A DNA stretch of 64,000 bases from assembly GCA_963809485.1 (NCBI GenBank), contig CAWEJX010000007.1:1-64000 (forward strand), written 5' to 3'. A model generated the notes under the pieces. That model was not told where the DNA came from. It ran no database searches and saw only the letters and a list, made by a program, of their open reading frames with translations. The first letter of the stretch is position 1, and each line of letters opens with the position of its first letter. The position numbers and the translations under genes were made by a program. Of this stretch, positions 38,281 to 47,964 are shown in pieces. Origin of the DNA: an uncultured Acidobacteriota bacterium (lineage in GTDB: Bacteria; Acidobacteriota; UBA6911).

Positions 38281-41232
38281 TTACCTTGTCAAAGATTTAA
38301 GCTCGTTCCATTTTTGCCGGAAATTCTCGGCACTCTGGGCATCGGGAAACTTGAAGCTTTGGAACTGCCGGCTGTCCGAAGCGTATAGCAGATCCAAGGA
38401 TTTTCCTTCGCTGCGGGCTTTGAGCTGGCTGAAAGGAACCCGGAATCCATGCGATCCCGAGGATGGTTTGAACGACACGTCTGAATAGCTGATGGACAGC
38501 ACTCCGCGGCAGTTGCCCCTCAGGATGCCGTGAGGGTGATCCACGGCATAGCGGTAGACAGCCTCCATGGCATTTCTCAGACTCAGCAGTTCCCTGTCCG
38601 CTTCGGCCATCGGGCGCATGTTTTTTTTGGCCAAGTCGTATACCAGCGACACCCCCTGGTTCTCAAAAAATTCCTGGTTCCTGGAAACCACGATGTTGCC
38701 GTCGGACTCGATGGCGATGGTATGGCTGCCAATTGCGATACTCTCGCTGCCTATTTCCCCGTCGTTGCCAACCGGCTTTCCATCCAGAAGAAGTGTCCCT
38801 CTGCCTCCGAGTCGGTACACTGTCAGCGTGGCCCTGGCCGTCGCTCTCCGCGCTTCGACCTGCCTGCGCAGTTCGGCGATACCCGGATCTGCGGGATTGA
38901 TCCGCTCCACAGCGGCAAGGGCGCCCAAGGCGTCCTGATAGCGGCTTTCCGCCATCGCCGTCGAATATGCCCTCAAGCCGCGTTGTATTTCCTGGACCCG
39001 CCCATTGAAATCCCGCGCGCGGAAGCTGCCGGGATCTTCTGCCATCCAGCCGCTCAGCGCACTGCCGGCTTCATTGTACTTCCCAAGGGCAAAGAGCTCG
39101 GTTACTTTTTGGTTCCATTCCTCTTCCCGCTTCTGAATGGCCTTTTGCTGTTCCTCTTCCTGTCGTGCCCGTTCCTGCATTTCACTGGCGTTTTTGGATT
39201 GCCAGCGCCTGCGCAGCGCGATCACTTCGCGCGAATTCGGATATGCCCGCTGCAGCTTATCAAGTTCCGCTTTTGCGGGAGGCAGCTTGCCGGTGCTGAT
39301 GAGAGAGGAAATCCGGGCAATCTGTTTTTGCAGCGCCGGATCGGCGGCATTCTCCCGATTCGCCCCCTGGGATTCCTCGATCTCTTTCAAAGCAGCACCG
39401 GCAGCTTCGTTGCCGGGATCAATCTCCAGGATCCTCCGAAGAAGGACCTTGCTCTCCTCGAGGCGGTTCATGGACGCCAATGTGCGAGCCTCACTCATCA
39501 ATATAGATACCGCGTTTCGATCTGAGGACTGCTGTGTTGCGTCCGACGCCGGTCCGGCTCCTGCCGATTGAAGCGCCGCCTGCTGGGCCCCCGTCGAATC
39601 CGCCGATGTCCGGGCGTTCTGTATGCGCCCCGAAAAAACCTTTTGCAGAGACGCAGCCGCGCCGTTTCTGAGAGCGACATATATCGTCAATGCAATTAAT
39701 ATGATAAACAGCAGCGCTATGGCCGAACGATAGATTAGCCGTGGAAGGCTTCCGTCCTTCCACGAAAACAGGGGTTCCGGAGCGTTGTCCTCATCCGGCG
39801 CGTCCACCGGATTCTGCAAACCCTCCTCCGGCGACACCGGGTCAGCTTCGCGTAGCTCCGCGGAGGCCTTGTTCACCTCTTCCCTCAAAATTGCGGGAAT
39901 GTCTGCAGGCCGGCTGGGTTCGGGGGCTGCACCGGGTATGCTTCCCGGAGGAAGGGCAGCGTCTTCGGGCGTTTCGTTTCCACTCTGTTGAACTTGCGCC
40001 GTTTCGGGCGGTTCAGCAGCCGTCGCCGGAACGGCAAAAACCGGCATGCCCTCGTTGGGCGGTTCCTGCTCCTCCCCATCACACGGCAGCCCGGGTGGAG
40101 GCGGATTTTCCATGGGAGGCGCAACAGGATCCTCAGCCTTCGCGGAAAACCGGATATGTTCCGGCACCAGCGCCTGAGGAGCAACGGCAGCTTCCTGAAT
40201 TGCGGGGTACTGCCCGATCAGGTCCGTCATCAAGCGGTCCAGAGAGGCATAGTCGGGAGATTCCTGCCCGTTCAACAGCCTGGTTGCGTCCCGCAGAAGC
40301 TTGACGGTGCTTTCGGAAGCGTTCGTTTGTGCCGCCGCTTTTTTCAAAGGAGCCAGGGAGGCGTGAAGTTCGGCAAGCATGAGCCGTGTGTCCTCGGCAA
40401 GATCTTTTACAAGATCTCTGCAAGCCATGGAAACTTCGTCCATGTCCCTATAGCGGTCCTTGGGATCCCTTTCCAGGCATTTTTTCAATATCGGCCAAAT
40501 GCCCGGGGGCTCATCGGGGAACTGTTCGAAGGTAGGGATCTCCGTATCCTGCAGAATGTTGTCCAGGGCCTTATTGCTGTTGGGATCGTGAAACGGGTGA
40601 AGGTATGTGATCAGCTCGTAGAAGATGGTGCCCGCAGAGAAGATCTCGGACCGCTCATCGCACCCCTTGTTTTGTATCTGCTCCGGAGACAGGTAGATGG
40701 GCACGCCGTAGCGGACGCCGGGATGAGGGAGGTGTTTCGCCAGGGCATCGGCCACGGCAAAATCCCTAATTTTCACACCGCCGTCGGCAGTCAGGTGAAT
40801 TTTGGCCGGAGTCAGGTTGCGGTGCAGAACTCCGTTCTTATGCGCGTGGCATAACCCTTCTGCCACCTGGATCATTATCGAAAGCTTCGCCTCCACAGAC
40901 ATGGCGGGCTTTCGCGTGATCAGGCTCTGAAGGCTGTTGCTGCCGAGAGACTCCATCACAATGTACGGAGCGTGCTCCTCTTTGCCGAATTCGTATACGG
41001 CAGCAATGTTCACATGCCGCAGGGCTGCAATAGACCGGCACTCCCGGAAGAAGATTTCCTCGGCTTTTTCGTTCCATTTGGTGCCATCCCATAGGGTTCG
41101 AACCACAACAGCCCGGCCAAGATCCGGATCCAGACCTCTGTAAACCGGACCCAGGGAACCTTCTCCCACTTTTTCCATGAGCATATATTTCCCGAAGTTA
41201 CGGGTAGGCTCGGCTAGGGCGGATATCCCCAT
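38281..41232 (-). CDS. Membrane pseudokinase with Pro-rich linker, TPR-like helices and a PEGA-like region
   Basis: Kinase fold with GEGSLG, VVVR, HRNLTPAK, DFA, YLSPE. One TM near residue 500. Confidence 0.85.
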   Translation of the reverse strand: MGISALAEPTRNFGKYMLMEKVGEGSLGPVYRGLDPDLGRAVVVRTLWDGTKWNEKAEEIFFRECRSIAALRHVNIAAVYEFGKEEHAPYIVMESLGSNSLQSLITRKPAMSVEAKLSIMIQVAEGLCHAHKNGVLHRNLTPAKIHLTADGGVKIRDFAVADALAKHLPHPGVRYGVPIYLSPEQIQNKGCDERSEIFSAGTIFYELITYLHPFHDPNSNKALDNILQDTEIPTFEQFPDEPPGIWPILKKCLERDPKDRYRDMDEVSMACRDLVKDLAEDTRLMLAELHASLAPLKKAAAQTNASESTVKLLRDATRLLNGQESPDYASLDRLMTDLIGQYPAIQEAAVAPQALVPEHIRFSAKAEDPVAPPMENPPPPGLPCDGEEQEPPNEGMPVFAVPATAAEPPETAQVQQSGNETPEDAALPPGSIPGAAPEPSRPADIPAILREEVNKASAELREADPVSPEEGLQNPVDAPDEDNAPEPLFSWKDGSLPRLIYRSAIALLFIILIALTIYVALRNGAAASLQKVFSGRIQNARTSADSTGAQQAALQSAGAGPASDATQQSSDRNAVSILMSEARTLASMNRLEESKVLLRRILEIDPGNEAAGAALKEIEESQGANRENAADPALQKQIARISSLISTGKLPPAKAELDKLQRAYPNSREVIALRRRWQSKNASEMQERARQEEEQQKAIQKREEEWNQKVTELFALGKYNEAGSALSGWMAEDPGSFRARDFNGRVQEIQRGLRAYSTAMAESRYQDALGALAAVERINPADPGIAELRRQVEARRATARATLTVYRLGGRGTLLLDGKPVGNDGEIGSESIAIGSHTIAIESDGNIVVSRNQEFFENQGVSLVYDLAKKNMRPMAEADRELLSLRNAMEAVYRYAVDHPHGILRGNCRGVLSISYSDVSFKPSSGSHGFRVPFSQLKARSEGKSLDLLYASDSRQFQSFKFPDAQSAENFRQKWNELKSLTR

Positions 41233-41368
41233 AATGTATGCACTCCTTCTTTATAGATTGCGTCTTATTAGTTTTCGGCCGGCATGAGTTAGAGATTGGT
41301 GACGGCCATCACTTCTTCGAAAACCAGTTATTGGGGGCCTTTTCCCGTTTTCATTGTGGAAAACCATC

Positions 41369-41573
41369 AGTCAGGTACCTCCGGCAAAGCCGGAGGCTTG
41401 AAAGATTTGAACCGCTCAAAGCGGTTGGAGGAGTTACGCCGGCCTTGAATGCTGACTTACGCGGGCAAAAGCCGACCTTCGCCGAAGAAATCGGCGTTTG
41501 TCAGCGTTTTAAAATACGGAGCTGTCAAACTCTTTAAGTCTCCCGGCAGAGCCGGGGGTTTGCCAATGTAATT
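41369..41573 (-). mobile_element. IS200-end PATE/MITE, copy C (shortest complete form)
   Basis: CCTCCGGCAAAGCCGGAGG, AACCGCTCAAAGCGGTT and CCCGGCAGAGCCGGG hairpins. Interior reduced. Confidence 0.8.
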
Positions 41574-41580
41574 AAAAACA

Positions 41581-41617
41581 AAAAACGCCGCAGATTACGC
41601 GGATCCGCGGCGTTTTT
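41581..41617. terminator. Bidirectional-type terminator after the SDR gene
   Basis: AAAAACGCCGC ... GCGGCGTTTTT. Confidence 0.7.
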
Positions 41618-41647
41618 GGCTTTTCCTGATTGTCGATCGCTGACCGT

Positions 41648-42559
41648 CTATCCGATATTTTGGGCGGCCTTCCTGGTTTTTCTCAGTTCCTCGCGACGCG
41701 ACCGCTCAAATTCCAGTCTGGGGGCGGGAGCCTCCTCATCCGGGAGCGAATCCAGGGCTTCATCGAATATCTCGCGCAGCTCTTCCTTGAATTCCGGATG
41801 ACTGAAAATGTAGAGTGCATTGCGCCGGATACCCGCCAGCACCTTCTCGCCTGCCTCTTCGGGATCCATTCCGGCCTTGTGTATCTCGGGCAGTACATCC
41901 ATGGTTTTTTGGCTCCTTGCGGTGTTTTCCGGGGACGCGAGACGCTTCGGGCGGGTTTTTTCGCTTTCATAGATCGCACTATTAATCAGCCCCGGACAGA
42001 AAACGGAGACACCAATGTTATATCGATAGAGGCTGAACCTGAGCGCCTCGCTGAGTCCGCGCACTCCAAATTTCGAGGCCGTATAGATGCCGGCGCCCGC
42101 ACTGGGCAGAAAGGCAGCCATGGAGGCGGTGTTCACGATATGGCCGCCCTCGCCGTGTTTTCGGATGCGAGGCACGAAAGTCATGACTCCGTTGACCACT
42201 CCGCCAAAATTAACGCCCATGACCCAGTCCCAATCGTTGTAAGTGCACTCCTCGATCGGCACGAAGAGGTTGACACCGGCGTTGTTGCACACGACGTGGA
42301 CCTTGCCGAACACGCGTTCCGCCTCGTCCGCCGCCCGCGAAAAAGCCTGGCGATCGGTAACGTCAAGGCGCACGGCGTGGATATTCCGGTTGTTGCCGAA
42401 ATAGGCCATCGCTCGGTCGAGACTGTCCTGCCGGATATCGGCAATCACGACCTTCATGCCGTTCTTCAGGAATGCCTTCGCCATCCCGAAGCCCGTGCCG
42501 TTGGCGCCACCTGTCACAAATGCCAGTTTGCCTTCCACATTCTTCATGAGATCCTCCAT
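41648..42559 (-). CDS. SDR-family oxidoreductase
   Basis: TGGANGTG, NNAGV, NTASMA, YTASK. Confidence 0.95.
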   Translation of the reverse strand: MEDLMKNVEGKLAFVTGGANGTGFGMAKAFLKNGMKVVIADIRQDSLDRAMAYFGNNRNIHAVRLDVTDRQAFSRAADEAERVFGKVHVVCNNAGVNLFVPIEECTYNDWDWVMGVNFGGVVNGVMTFVPRIRKHGEGGHIVNTASMAAFLPSAGAGIYTASKFGVRGLSEALRFSLYRYNIGVSVFCPGLINSAIYESEKTRPKRLASPENTARSQKTMDVLPEIHKAGMDPEEAGEKVLAGIRRNALYIFSHPEFKEELREIFDEALDSLPDEEAPAPRLEFERSRREELRKTRKAAQNIG

Positions 42560-43025
42560 GCTGCAAAGCCATGTGGCTTAGATATTTTTAAAATTGTAGC
42601 ATATTTAAAAATAACAGGATCCGGAGCAAGCCTTCCAAATTCAGAGCCCGGGTTGGCTGATTTCAGGCATAGTGAATGGATTCGTTTTAAGCAATGTATC
42701 GCCGGAAATTCAGTACCGCAATATATGGTTGATTGTGGAGCGAAACAGAGGCATTAATTACTTCTCTTCGGGCTTGGACCTGACCATTGTCCCGGTTCTG
42801 CAGGCATAAGGCAACGCCGCCCGCATCCGACCCGGGATTCAAGCCGGATTCCGGTTTTTGGGGCGATGACCTGGTATCGCTATTGGATGTTGGTTAATGC
42901 AAACCCTGCCGCCGAAGGCCTTGGGGGTAGGTCTTCCGGAAGGAAGGGGATATTCCGGGGGAATGATCTGGTTTTCATCGTCAACCCATTCAGGCCCGCG
43001 GACGATCGGTCGAAAGGAGCAACCT

Positions 43026-44624
43026 ATGAAACGCTTAAGTTTAGTAGTGCTGGTTTTTAGTCTATTCTGTATATCCGCCGCCATCTCTGCGGCGCAGTCC
43101 AATCCGCAGGCGCCGGCCTCGAGCGTCATCAGCAAGTCCACCAAAGCCATCGGCTACGATGTCGGGGGCGGTTCGACCAAAGTCAGCATGAAGGCAACGA
43201 GTTTGATGCCTCGAAGCTCCGGAGAGGCCAAGGTCGAAGCCAAAAAGGGAATCACCAATATCGAGCTCAAAATCCTTGGCCTGGACCAGCCAACCAGGCT
43301 GGGCACGGAGATGTTGACCTACGTGCTTTGGGCCGTGTCTCCCGACGGGCGCACAAGCAATATAGGCGAGCTTCTGATCGATAAAAACGGGAAGGGCGAA
43401 TTAAAAGCCACGACGCAGCTTCAGACATTCTCACTGATTGTCACAGCCGAGCCCTACTTCGCGGTTCGCAGGCCCAGCGAGCTTGTGGTGCTGGAGAATG
43501 AAGTGCTGAAGAAAACAGAGGGCAAGATTTTCCCGGTCAACGATTACCAACTGATGAAGCAAAACCAGTACAAGAAGATGGGCAATCCTCTGGCCCTGTC
43601 TCTGGATTTGAAGAATGTCCCCCTGGAGATGTATGAAGCGCGCAACGCGGTGGATATTGCAAAATCAAACCATGCAGATACGGACGCTTCCGAGATTTTC
43701 ACCAAAGCCGAAGCCAGCCTGAAAATGGCGGAAAATGCACTGACCCGAAAAGCCGATAAACAGGAAATTATCACCAGGGCGAGGGAAGCAGTCCAGTTTT
43801 CGGAAGACGCCCGAGCGCTTGCAGTCGAACGGCAGGAGGAAAAACTCATAGCGGCAGAGAAGGAAGCGGCAGCGGCGAAGGCCAAAGCGGCCGCCGAAGC
43901 CAAGGCGGCGGCGGAGGCGGCAGAAGCCAAACGAAAAGCTGATGAGGAGGCCCGCCGGCAAGCTGAATTGGCTGCGGCGAGGGAAGCTCAGATGAAGGCG
44001 GAAGCGGAAGCGGCGGCCCTGAAGGCCAAGGCAGAAGCCGACGCGGCGGCAGCCAAGGCTGAGGCAGAACAGGCGGCTCTAAAAGCCAAGGCCGAAACAG
44101 AACAGGCAGCCTTAAGAGCCCAGGAAGAAGCTGCCAAGGCGGAAGCCGACAAGGCCCGTCAAGAAGCGGAGAGAGCCGAGCGCGAAAAGCAGGAGCTTCG
44201 CGCCAAGCTTCTGGATCAGTTCAACCGCATCCTGGAAACAAAAGATACCCCGCGGGGGCTGGTAGTCACGATGGCCGACGTTTTATTCGACACCGGCAAG
44301 TATAATCTCCGGTCCGAAGCGCGCGAGAAGCTGGCCCGCCTCTCCGGCATAGTCCTGGCTCATCCCGGGCTCATCCTGCAGGTGGAGGGGCACACCGACA
44401 GTACAGGCGGCGACGAACTCAACCAGAAGCTGTCGGAACAGCGGGCCGAAGCCACCCGGGATTATCTGATTCAGCAGGGATTGGCTGCGGACAACATCAC
44501 CGCGGTCGGTTTCGGCAAAACCATGCCCGTGGCGGACAATAGCACAGCCGCCGGACGGCAGAAAAACCGGCGCGTCGAGATCATCGTCGGGGGAGAGGTG
44601 ATCGGGGCGAAAATCGGCCGATAG
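43026..44624 (+). CDS. OmpA-family peptidoglycan-binding protein with an Ala/Glu/Lys coiled coil
   Basis: AAGGAG RBS, signal peptide, DVLFDTG, VEGHTDS, NQKLSEQRA, GRQKNRRVEI. Confidence 0.93.
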   Translation: MKRLSLVVLVFSLFCISAAISAAQSNPQAPASSVISKSTKAIGYDVGGGSTKVSMKATSLMPRSSGEAKVEAKKGITNIELKILGLDQPTRLGTEMLTYVLWAVSPDGRTSNIGELLIDKNGKGELKATTQLQTFSLIVTAEPYFAVRRPSELVVLENEVLKKTEGKIFPVNDYQLMKQNQYKKMGNPLALSLDLKNVPLEMYEARNAVDIAKSNHADTDASEIFTKAEASLKMAENALTRKADKQEIITRAREAVQFSEDARALAVERQEEKLIAAEKEAAAAKAKAAAEAKAAAEAAEAKRKADEEARRQAELAAAREAQMKAEAEAAALKAKAEADAAAAKAEAEQAALKAKAETEQAALRAQEEAAKAEADKARQEAERAEREKQELRAKLLDQFNRILETKDTPRGLVVTMADVLFDTGKYNLRSEAREKLARLSGIVLAHPGLILQVEGHTDSTGGDELNQKLSEQRAEATRDYLIQQGLAADNITAVGFGKTMPVADNSTAAGRQKNRRVEIIVGGEVIGAKIGR

Positions 44625-44664
44625 CAGGGGCATAATCCGCAAATGAAATGAACCCGGATTATTG

Positions 44665-44833
44665 TACCAATTCGGCCCGCAGCACCGGACCGGCTCTCTT
44701 TGCGGGAGGCTGGGCATTGCAGCAACTCTGGCTCTTTTGGGTAGCGCCGATCATAGGCGCCGCTCTCGCGGGATTCGCCTATAGAGCCATAGCGTCTGAG
44801 CCCGCCGCGGCCGAAAAGGCCAAAGCGGCGTAA
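44665..44833 (+). pseudogene. aqpZ: Aquaporin Z C-terminal fragment
   Basis: [35 protein letters not shown] matches the AqpZ second NPA box and last helix. The rest of the gene is missing. Confidence 0.85.
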
Positions 44834-44973
44834 TTCTTATATCCGGGATCGGGATCCAGGCCGCGGACTGCGCGAAATTTGCATGCCATGTATATTTTGT
44901 GCAAACACGCGCCATCCGCGGCCTTTTTCTTGACAGACCCGAGAATTGTGACTTCACTGCGGCAAACGATCTG

Positions 44974-45798
44974 CTATTTCCTGCGGAAGCACCTGCAGAT
45001 GGAGAATACAGTCAGTCCTGCCAGCAACAGGCCTAAGGTAGCCGGTTCCGGCACGACAAGATCGCTCATATGCGGATATATGACAAAGGGAGGATAGTAA
45101 TCATAGGGCTCAACCGGCGGAGGTAATATCGGCAGATTGGTAGTGATGGGAGGAATTGCCGGAGCATCCAAGGGAGAAAATTCCTTTAGTTCCAATCCGG
45201 ACTCCGGCAGGATTTCCACTCTTGGTGGTTCGTATGGCTGAACAACCGCAATTTCAAAGATCGCGACATCCGGTTCTTCATCGGATACGGGCGCCTGGGG
45301 CAATACTGAGATTCTATTTCCACAGCGGGCGCGCGCAAAATCGCGGCCGTCAGTCATCAAGGCTTCCCCCTTGGCAACTTTGATGGTTTTCTTAGTCCAG
45401 AAAACCTTGTCCCCCAAACGATAGGAGACATGAACCATCTTGTCCGCCTCGGATCTTACAGCCCTGGCTTGATTGACAGCGAAATCGGCAAAATGATTGG
45501 CGACAACCCGGTCCTCGCCCATTCTGGCTGCCAGTTCCTGCCGGCTGTAGGCCCCTCCGGGTATTACGGAATAGGGGTAAACAACGCGTTCGTATTTCGC
45601 GGGCTGGAGCCCGGGAGCCGTTTCCGGGACTGTAATTGCGGGCGGAGCAGCGAGTCTCATCGATATGGGAAATTTTCTGAATCCTTCTGTAAACAAACAC
45701 CAGAGAAAGCAGACAGATGCGCCCACCAGGAAAAGCACGAGCACTTTGTGCTTTTGAAAAAAGTTCCGTCTTCTGGCTACCCTCTTCCGAACGTACAC
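44974..45798 (-). CDS. PEP-CTERM sorting-domain protein
   Basis: C-terminal VPEPATLGLLLAGLTVFSICRCFRRK after a Pro-rich linker. Confidence 0.85.
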   Translation of the reverse strand: MYVRKRVARRRNFFQKHKVLVLFLVGASVCFLWCLFTEGFRKFPISMRLAAPPAITVPETAPGLQPAKYERVVYPYSVIPGGAYSRQELAARMGEDRVVANHFADFAVNQARAVRSEADKMVHVSYRLGDKVFWTKKTIKVAKGEALMTDGRDFARARCGNRISVLPQAPVSDEEPDVAIFEIAVVQPYEPPRVEILPESGLELKEFSPLDAPAIPPITTNLPILPPPVEPYDYYPPFVIYPHMSDLVVPEPATLGLLLAGLTVFSICRCFRRK

Positions 45799-45864
45799 CG
45801 CTTTCCTTGCCTCGGCCGTCGTACGGTTATAGGCCCCATAACCGTTGATTAAGCCTCAAATGGA

Positions 45865-45880
45865 TGCAAACCCTGCCCCA
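45865..45880 (-). promoter_or_regulatory. Possible sigma-54 -24/-12 promoter
   Basis: TGGGGCAGGGTTTGCA has the GG-N10-GC spacing, about 67 nt upstream of the PEP-CTERM gene. Imperfect match to TGGCAC. Confidence 0.3.
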
Positions 45881-46042
45881 CCCATTCTTATTATTAAATA
45901 TCGGTAAGTTGCAGCAGGCAATCCAACAAAATCCGCAACAATCCCGTCCTTTTCCAAATAGCCTGGACGTTTAATTTATCTAATCTAGGGCCTGTCCCAT
46001 CCCGATAAGAATAGACATAACGACCAGACTAAGGGTTCGCGT

Positions 46043-46822
46043 ATGAGAGTTGGGCATTCACTCAAGGCGCTTGCAAAACTGCTTCTGGCTGCCGGTCTAT
46101 GCATTCCACCAGCCTGCCCATGGCTTTGTGCTCCTGGGTTCTGCGCTGAGGGGCTGGCCAACCCTGCAATCGCGCTGGACCCTGAACCGGAGCAGTCTCT
46201 GGAGCAGGAGTTGCTCACACTGACCAATCAAAAGAGAGCCGAGCAGGGGCTCCCGGCCTTGATCCCGGATGAGGCGCTTGTGCGGATTGCCCGCCAGCAT
46301 TCCATCGGCATGGCAGAACAAGGATTCATCAGCCACGAACTGCCATTTGGCGATCTCAGGACAAGAATGAGCCGGGCCGGCTACCCGCATCTGGTCGCCA
46401 GAGAAAATGTCGCAGTTGCCCCTACAGTTCTTAAAGCCCAAAATGCCCTGGTCGAGAGCCCCGGACATAAAAACAACATACTCGCCCGGGATGTTACGCG
46501 TGTGGGCATCGGCATCGCTCGGTGCAAGCCGCCATTCGAAAAAGAACTCTTTATCACCGAAATCTTTGCGGACCCGCGAGAGGAACTGCAGGCAGCCGCA
46601 TTGCAGAATCTTTATATGAACCAGGTCCAGGACTCTGCCCATCAAATGGGAGCCCATCAAATGGGAGCCCATCGAATGGGAGCCCAGCCAATCCGTTCAC
46701 CCGGACCCCAGAGAAGTTCTTTTACAATTTTTGACTTTGATTTGACATTGGCATTCCAGCACTCTGCTATAAATAATATAGGTCCAGACCCCGGAATGGT
46801 GCGGGTGAGGGAATCCTTCTAA
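46043..46822 (+). CDS. CAP/SCP-domain protein, C-terminus probably degenerate
   Basis: TNQKRAEQGL, ARQHSIGM, ISH, RENVA, SPGHKNNIL, VGIG. Confidence 0.85.
   Translation: MRVGHSLKALAKLLLAAGLCIPPACPWLCAPGFCAEGLANPAIALDPEPEQSLEQELLTLTNQKRAEQGLPALIPDEALVRIARQHSIGMAEQGFISHELPFGDLRTRMSRAGYPHLVARENVAVAPTVLKAQNALVESPGHKNNILARDVTRVGIGIARCKPPFEKELFITEIFADPREELQAAALQNLYMNQVQDSAHQMGAHQMGAHRMGAQPIRSPGPQRSSFTIFDFDLTLAFQHSAINNIGPDPGMVRVRESF
46637..46686. repeat. 15-bp tandem repeat (GCCCATCAAATGGGA) x3.3
   Basis: Units at 46637, 46652 and 46667, each containing the CCCAT/ATGGG palindrome. Encodes AHQMG repeats. Confidence 0.95.
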
Positions 46823-46893
46823 TAAAAGGATGCGCCACTTCCGGGGCGGATCCAATTACTCGCAAATCCCCTTCCGATTCCATATTTCGCGAT

Positions 46894-46923
46894 TAAATAT
46901 CTTCCGGCAGAGCCGGAGGCTTT
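46894..46923 (-). repeat. Solo IS200-type end hairpin (REP-like)
   Basis: TAAATATCTTCCGGCAGAGCCGGAGGCTTT. Related solo hairpins at about 24399-24422 and 54608-54630. Confidence 0.65.
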
Positions 46924-47020
46924 CCCATGGGAGTCAATTTGCCGGACTGCCGGGTGCCCGGCATATCCTCCTCTTCGCGCAGAAAAAAAACGGCGACACG
47001 GCCCGGCGCTTGTGCGTCCG

Positions 47021-47620
47021 CTACAGTTTGCCTTTGCCCTGCCTCACGAGGACAGGCTCTTCCTCTGTAAGGTCGATGATCGTCGAGGGCTCCAAACCTC
47101 CGGGTCCCGTATCAAGGAAAAGATCCACAATATGCGTGAAGGTTTTGGCGATTTCTTCCGGATCGCTGAGAAAACTCTGATCCTGCAGCGAAGCGCTTGT
47201 GCTGATGATGGGCCGTCCGAATTCGGCAAGCAACGCCTGGCATACCACATTGTCCGGCACCCGGATGCCTACGGTCTTTCTTTTTTCCAGCAGGATCCTG
47301 GGAACCTGTTTGGTGGCATTCAGAATGAACGTATAGGGACCCGGGAGGAGATGGCGCATGATCTTGTATGCGGAATTGGACACATACGCGTACTCCGAAA
47401 TGTGCTGAAGATCGGGGCAGATGAAGCTGAGCAGCTTGCGTTTGTCGTTTCCTTTGTTTTGATAAATCTTCTCGACAGCATTCTTGTTGAGAAGATCACA
47501 GCCCAGCCCATAAACGGAATCTGTAGGATAGATGAGAAGCCCGCCATTGCTCAGAACATCGGCCGCCATCTTCAGGTACCGGCCCTGCGGATTCTGCGGA
47601 TGAATTTGTAATCTTTTCAT
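47021..47620 (-). CDS. Sua5/YciO/YrdC-family protein (threonylcarbamoyl-AMP synthase-like)
   Basis: IHPQNPQ, IYPTDSVYGLGC, LPGPYTFIL, TVGIRVP, ISTSA, PSTIIDL, VRQGKG. Confidence 0.93.
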   Translation of the reverse strand: MKRLQIHPQNPQGRYLKMAADVLSNGGLLIYPTDSVYGLGCDLLNKNAVEKIYQNKGNDKRKLLSFICPDLQHISEYAYVSNSAYKIMRHLLPGPYTFILNATKQVPRILLEKRKTVGIRVPDNVVCQALLAEFGRPIISTSASLQDQSFLSDPEEIAKTFTHIVDLFLDTGPGGLEPSTIIDLTEEEPVLVRQGKGKL

Positions 47621-47964
47621 AAGGGTCAATAGTTTAATCCAGGGGCCGCATTCCTGGCACTCACAAAATGGCATTTCAGGATTTCCGCCGCACAAAAATA
47701 TCACAGCACGGCCGATGTTGGACCGGCATTCTTCGGCATCCCGGGCACTTTTGTGATGTCGCATTCCAATCCGCCAGGGGCTTGGAGAATTGTCCTGAGG
47801 CCGCCGGTGCGTAAGACAGCCTGTGAATTCGCGATGAGCTGAACCGGCCGGCCTTCTCGTGACGGTGATGGGAAAGACTGCCGAAGTGCCCATTTCCCGT
47901 GTCTTACGCTTGGGGCCCATGCCCGCCTCCGGCACCCTGTGCAAAGGCTGCAGGAAAACGCCTG

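Noticed and set aside
43860-44190. Low-complexity GCG/AAG/GAA repeats
   Set aside because: Explained by the Ala/Glu/Lys coiled-coil linker of the OmpA-family protein.
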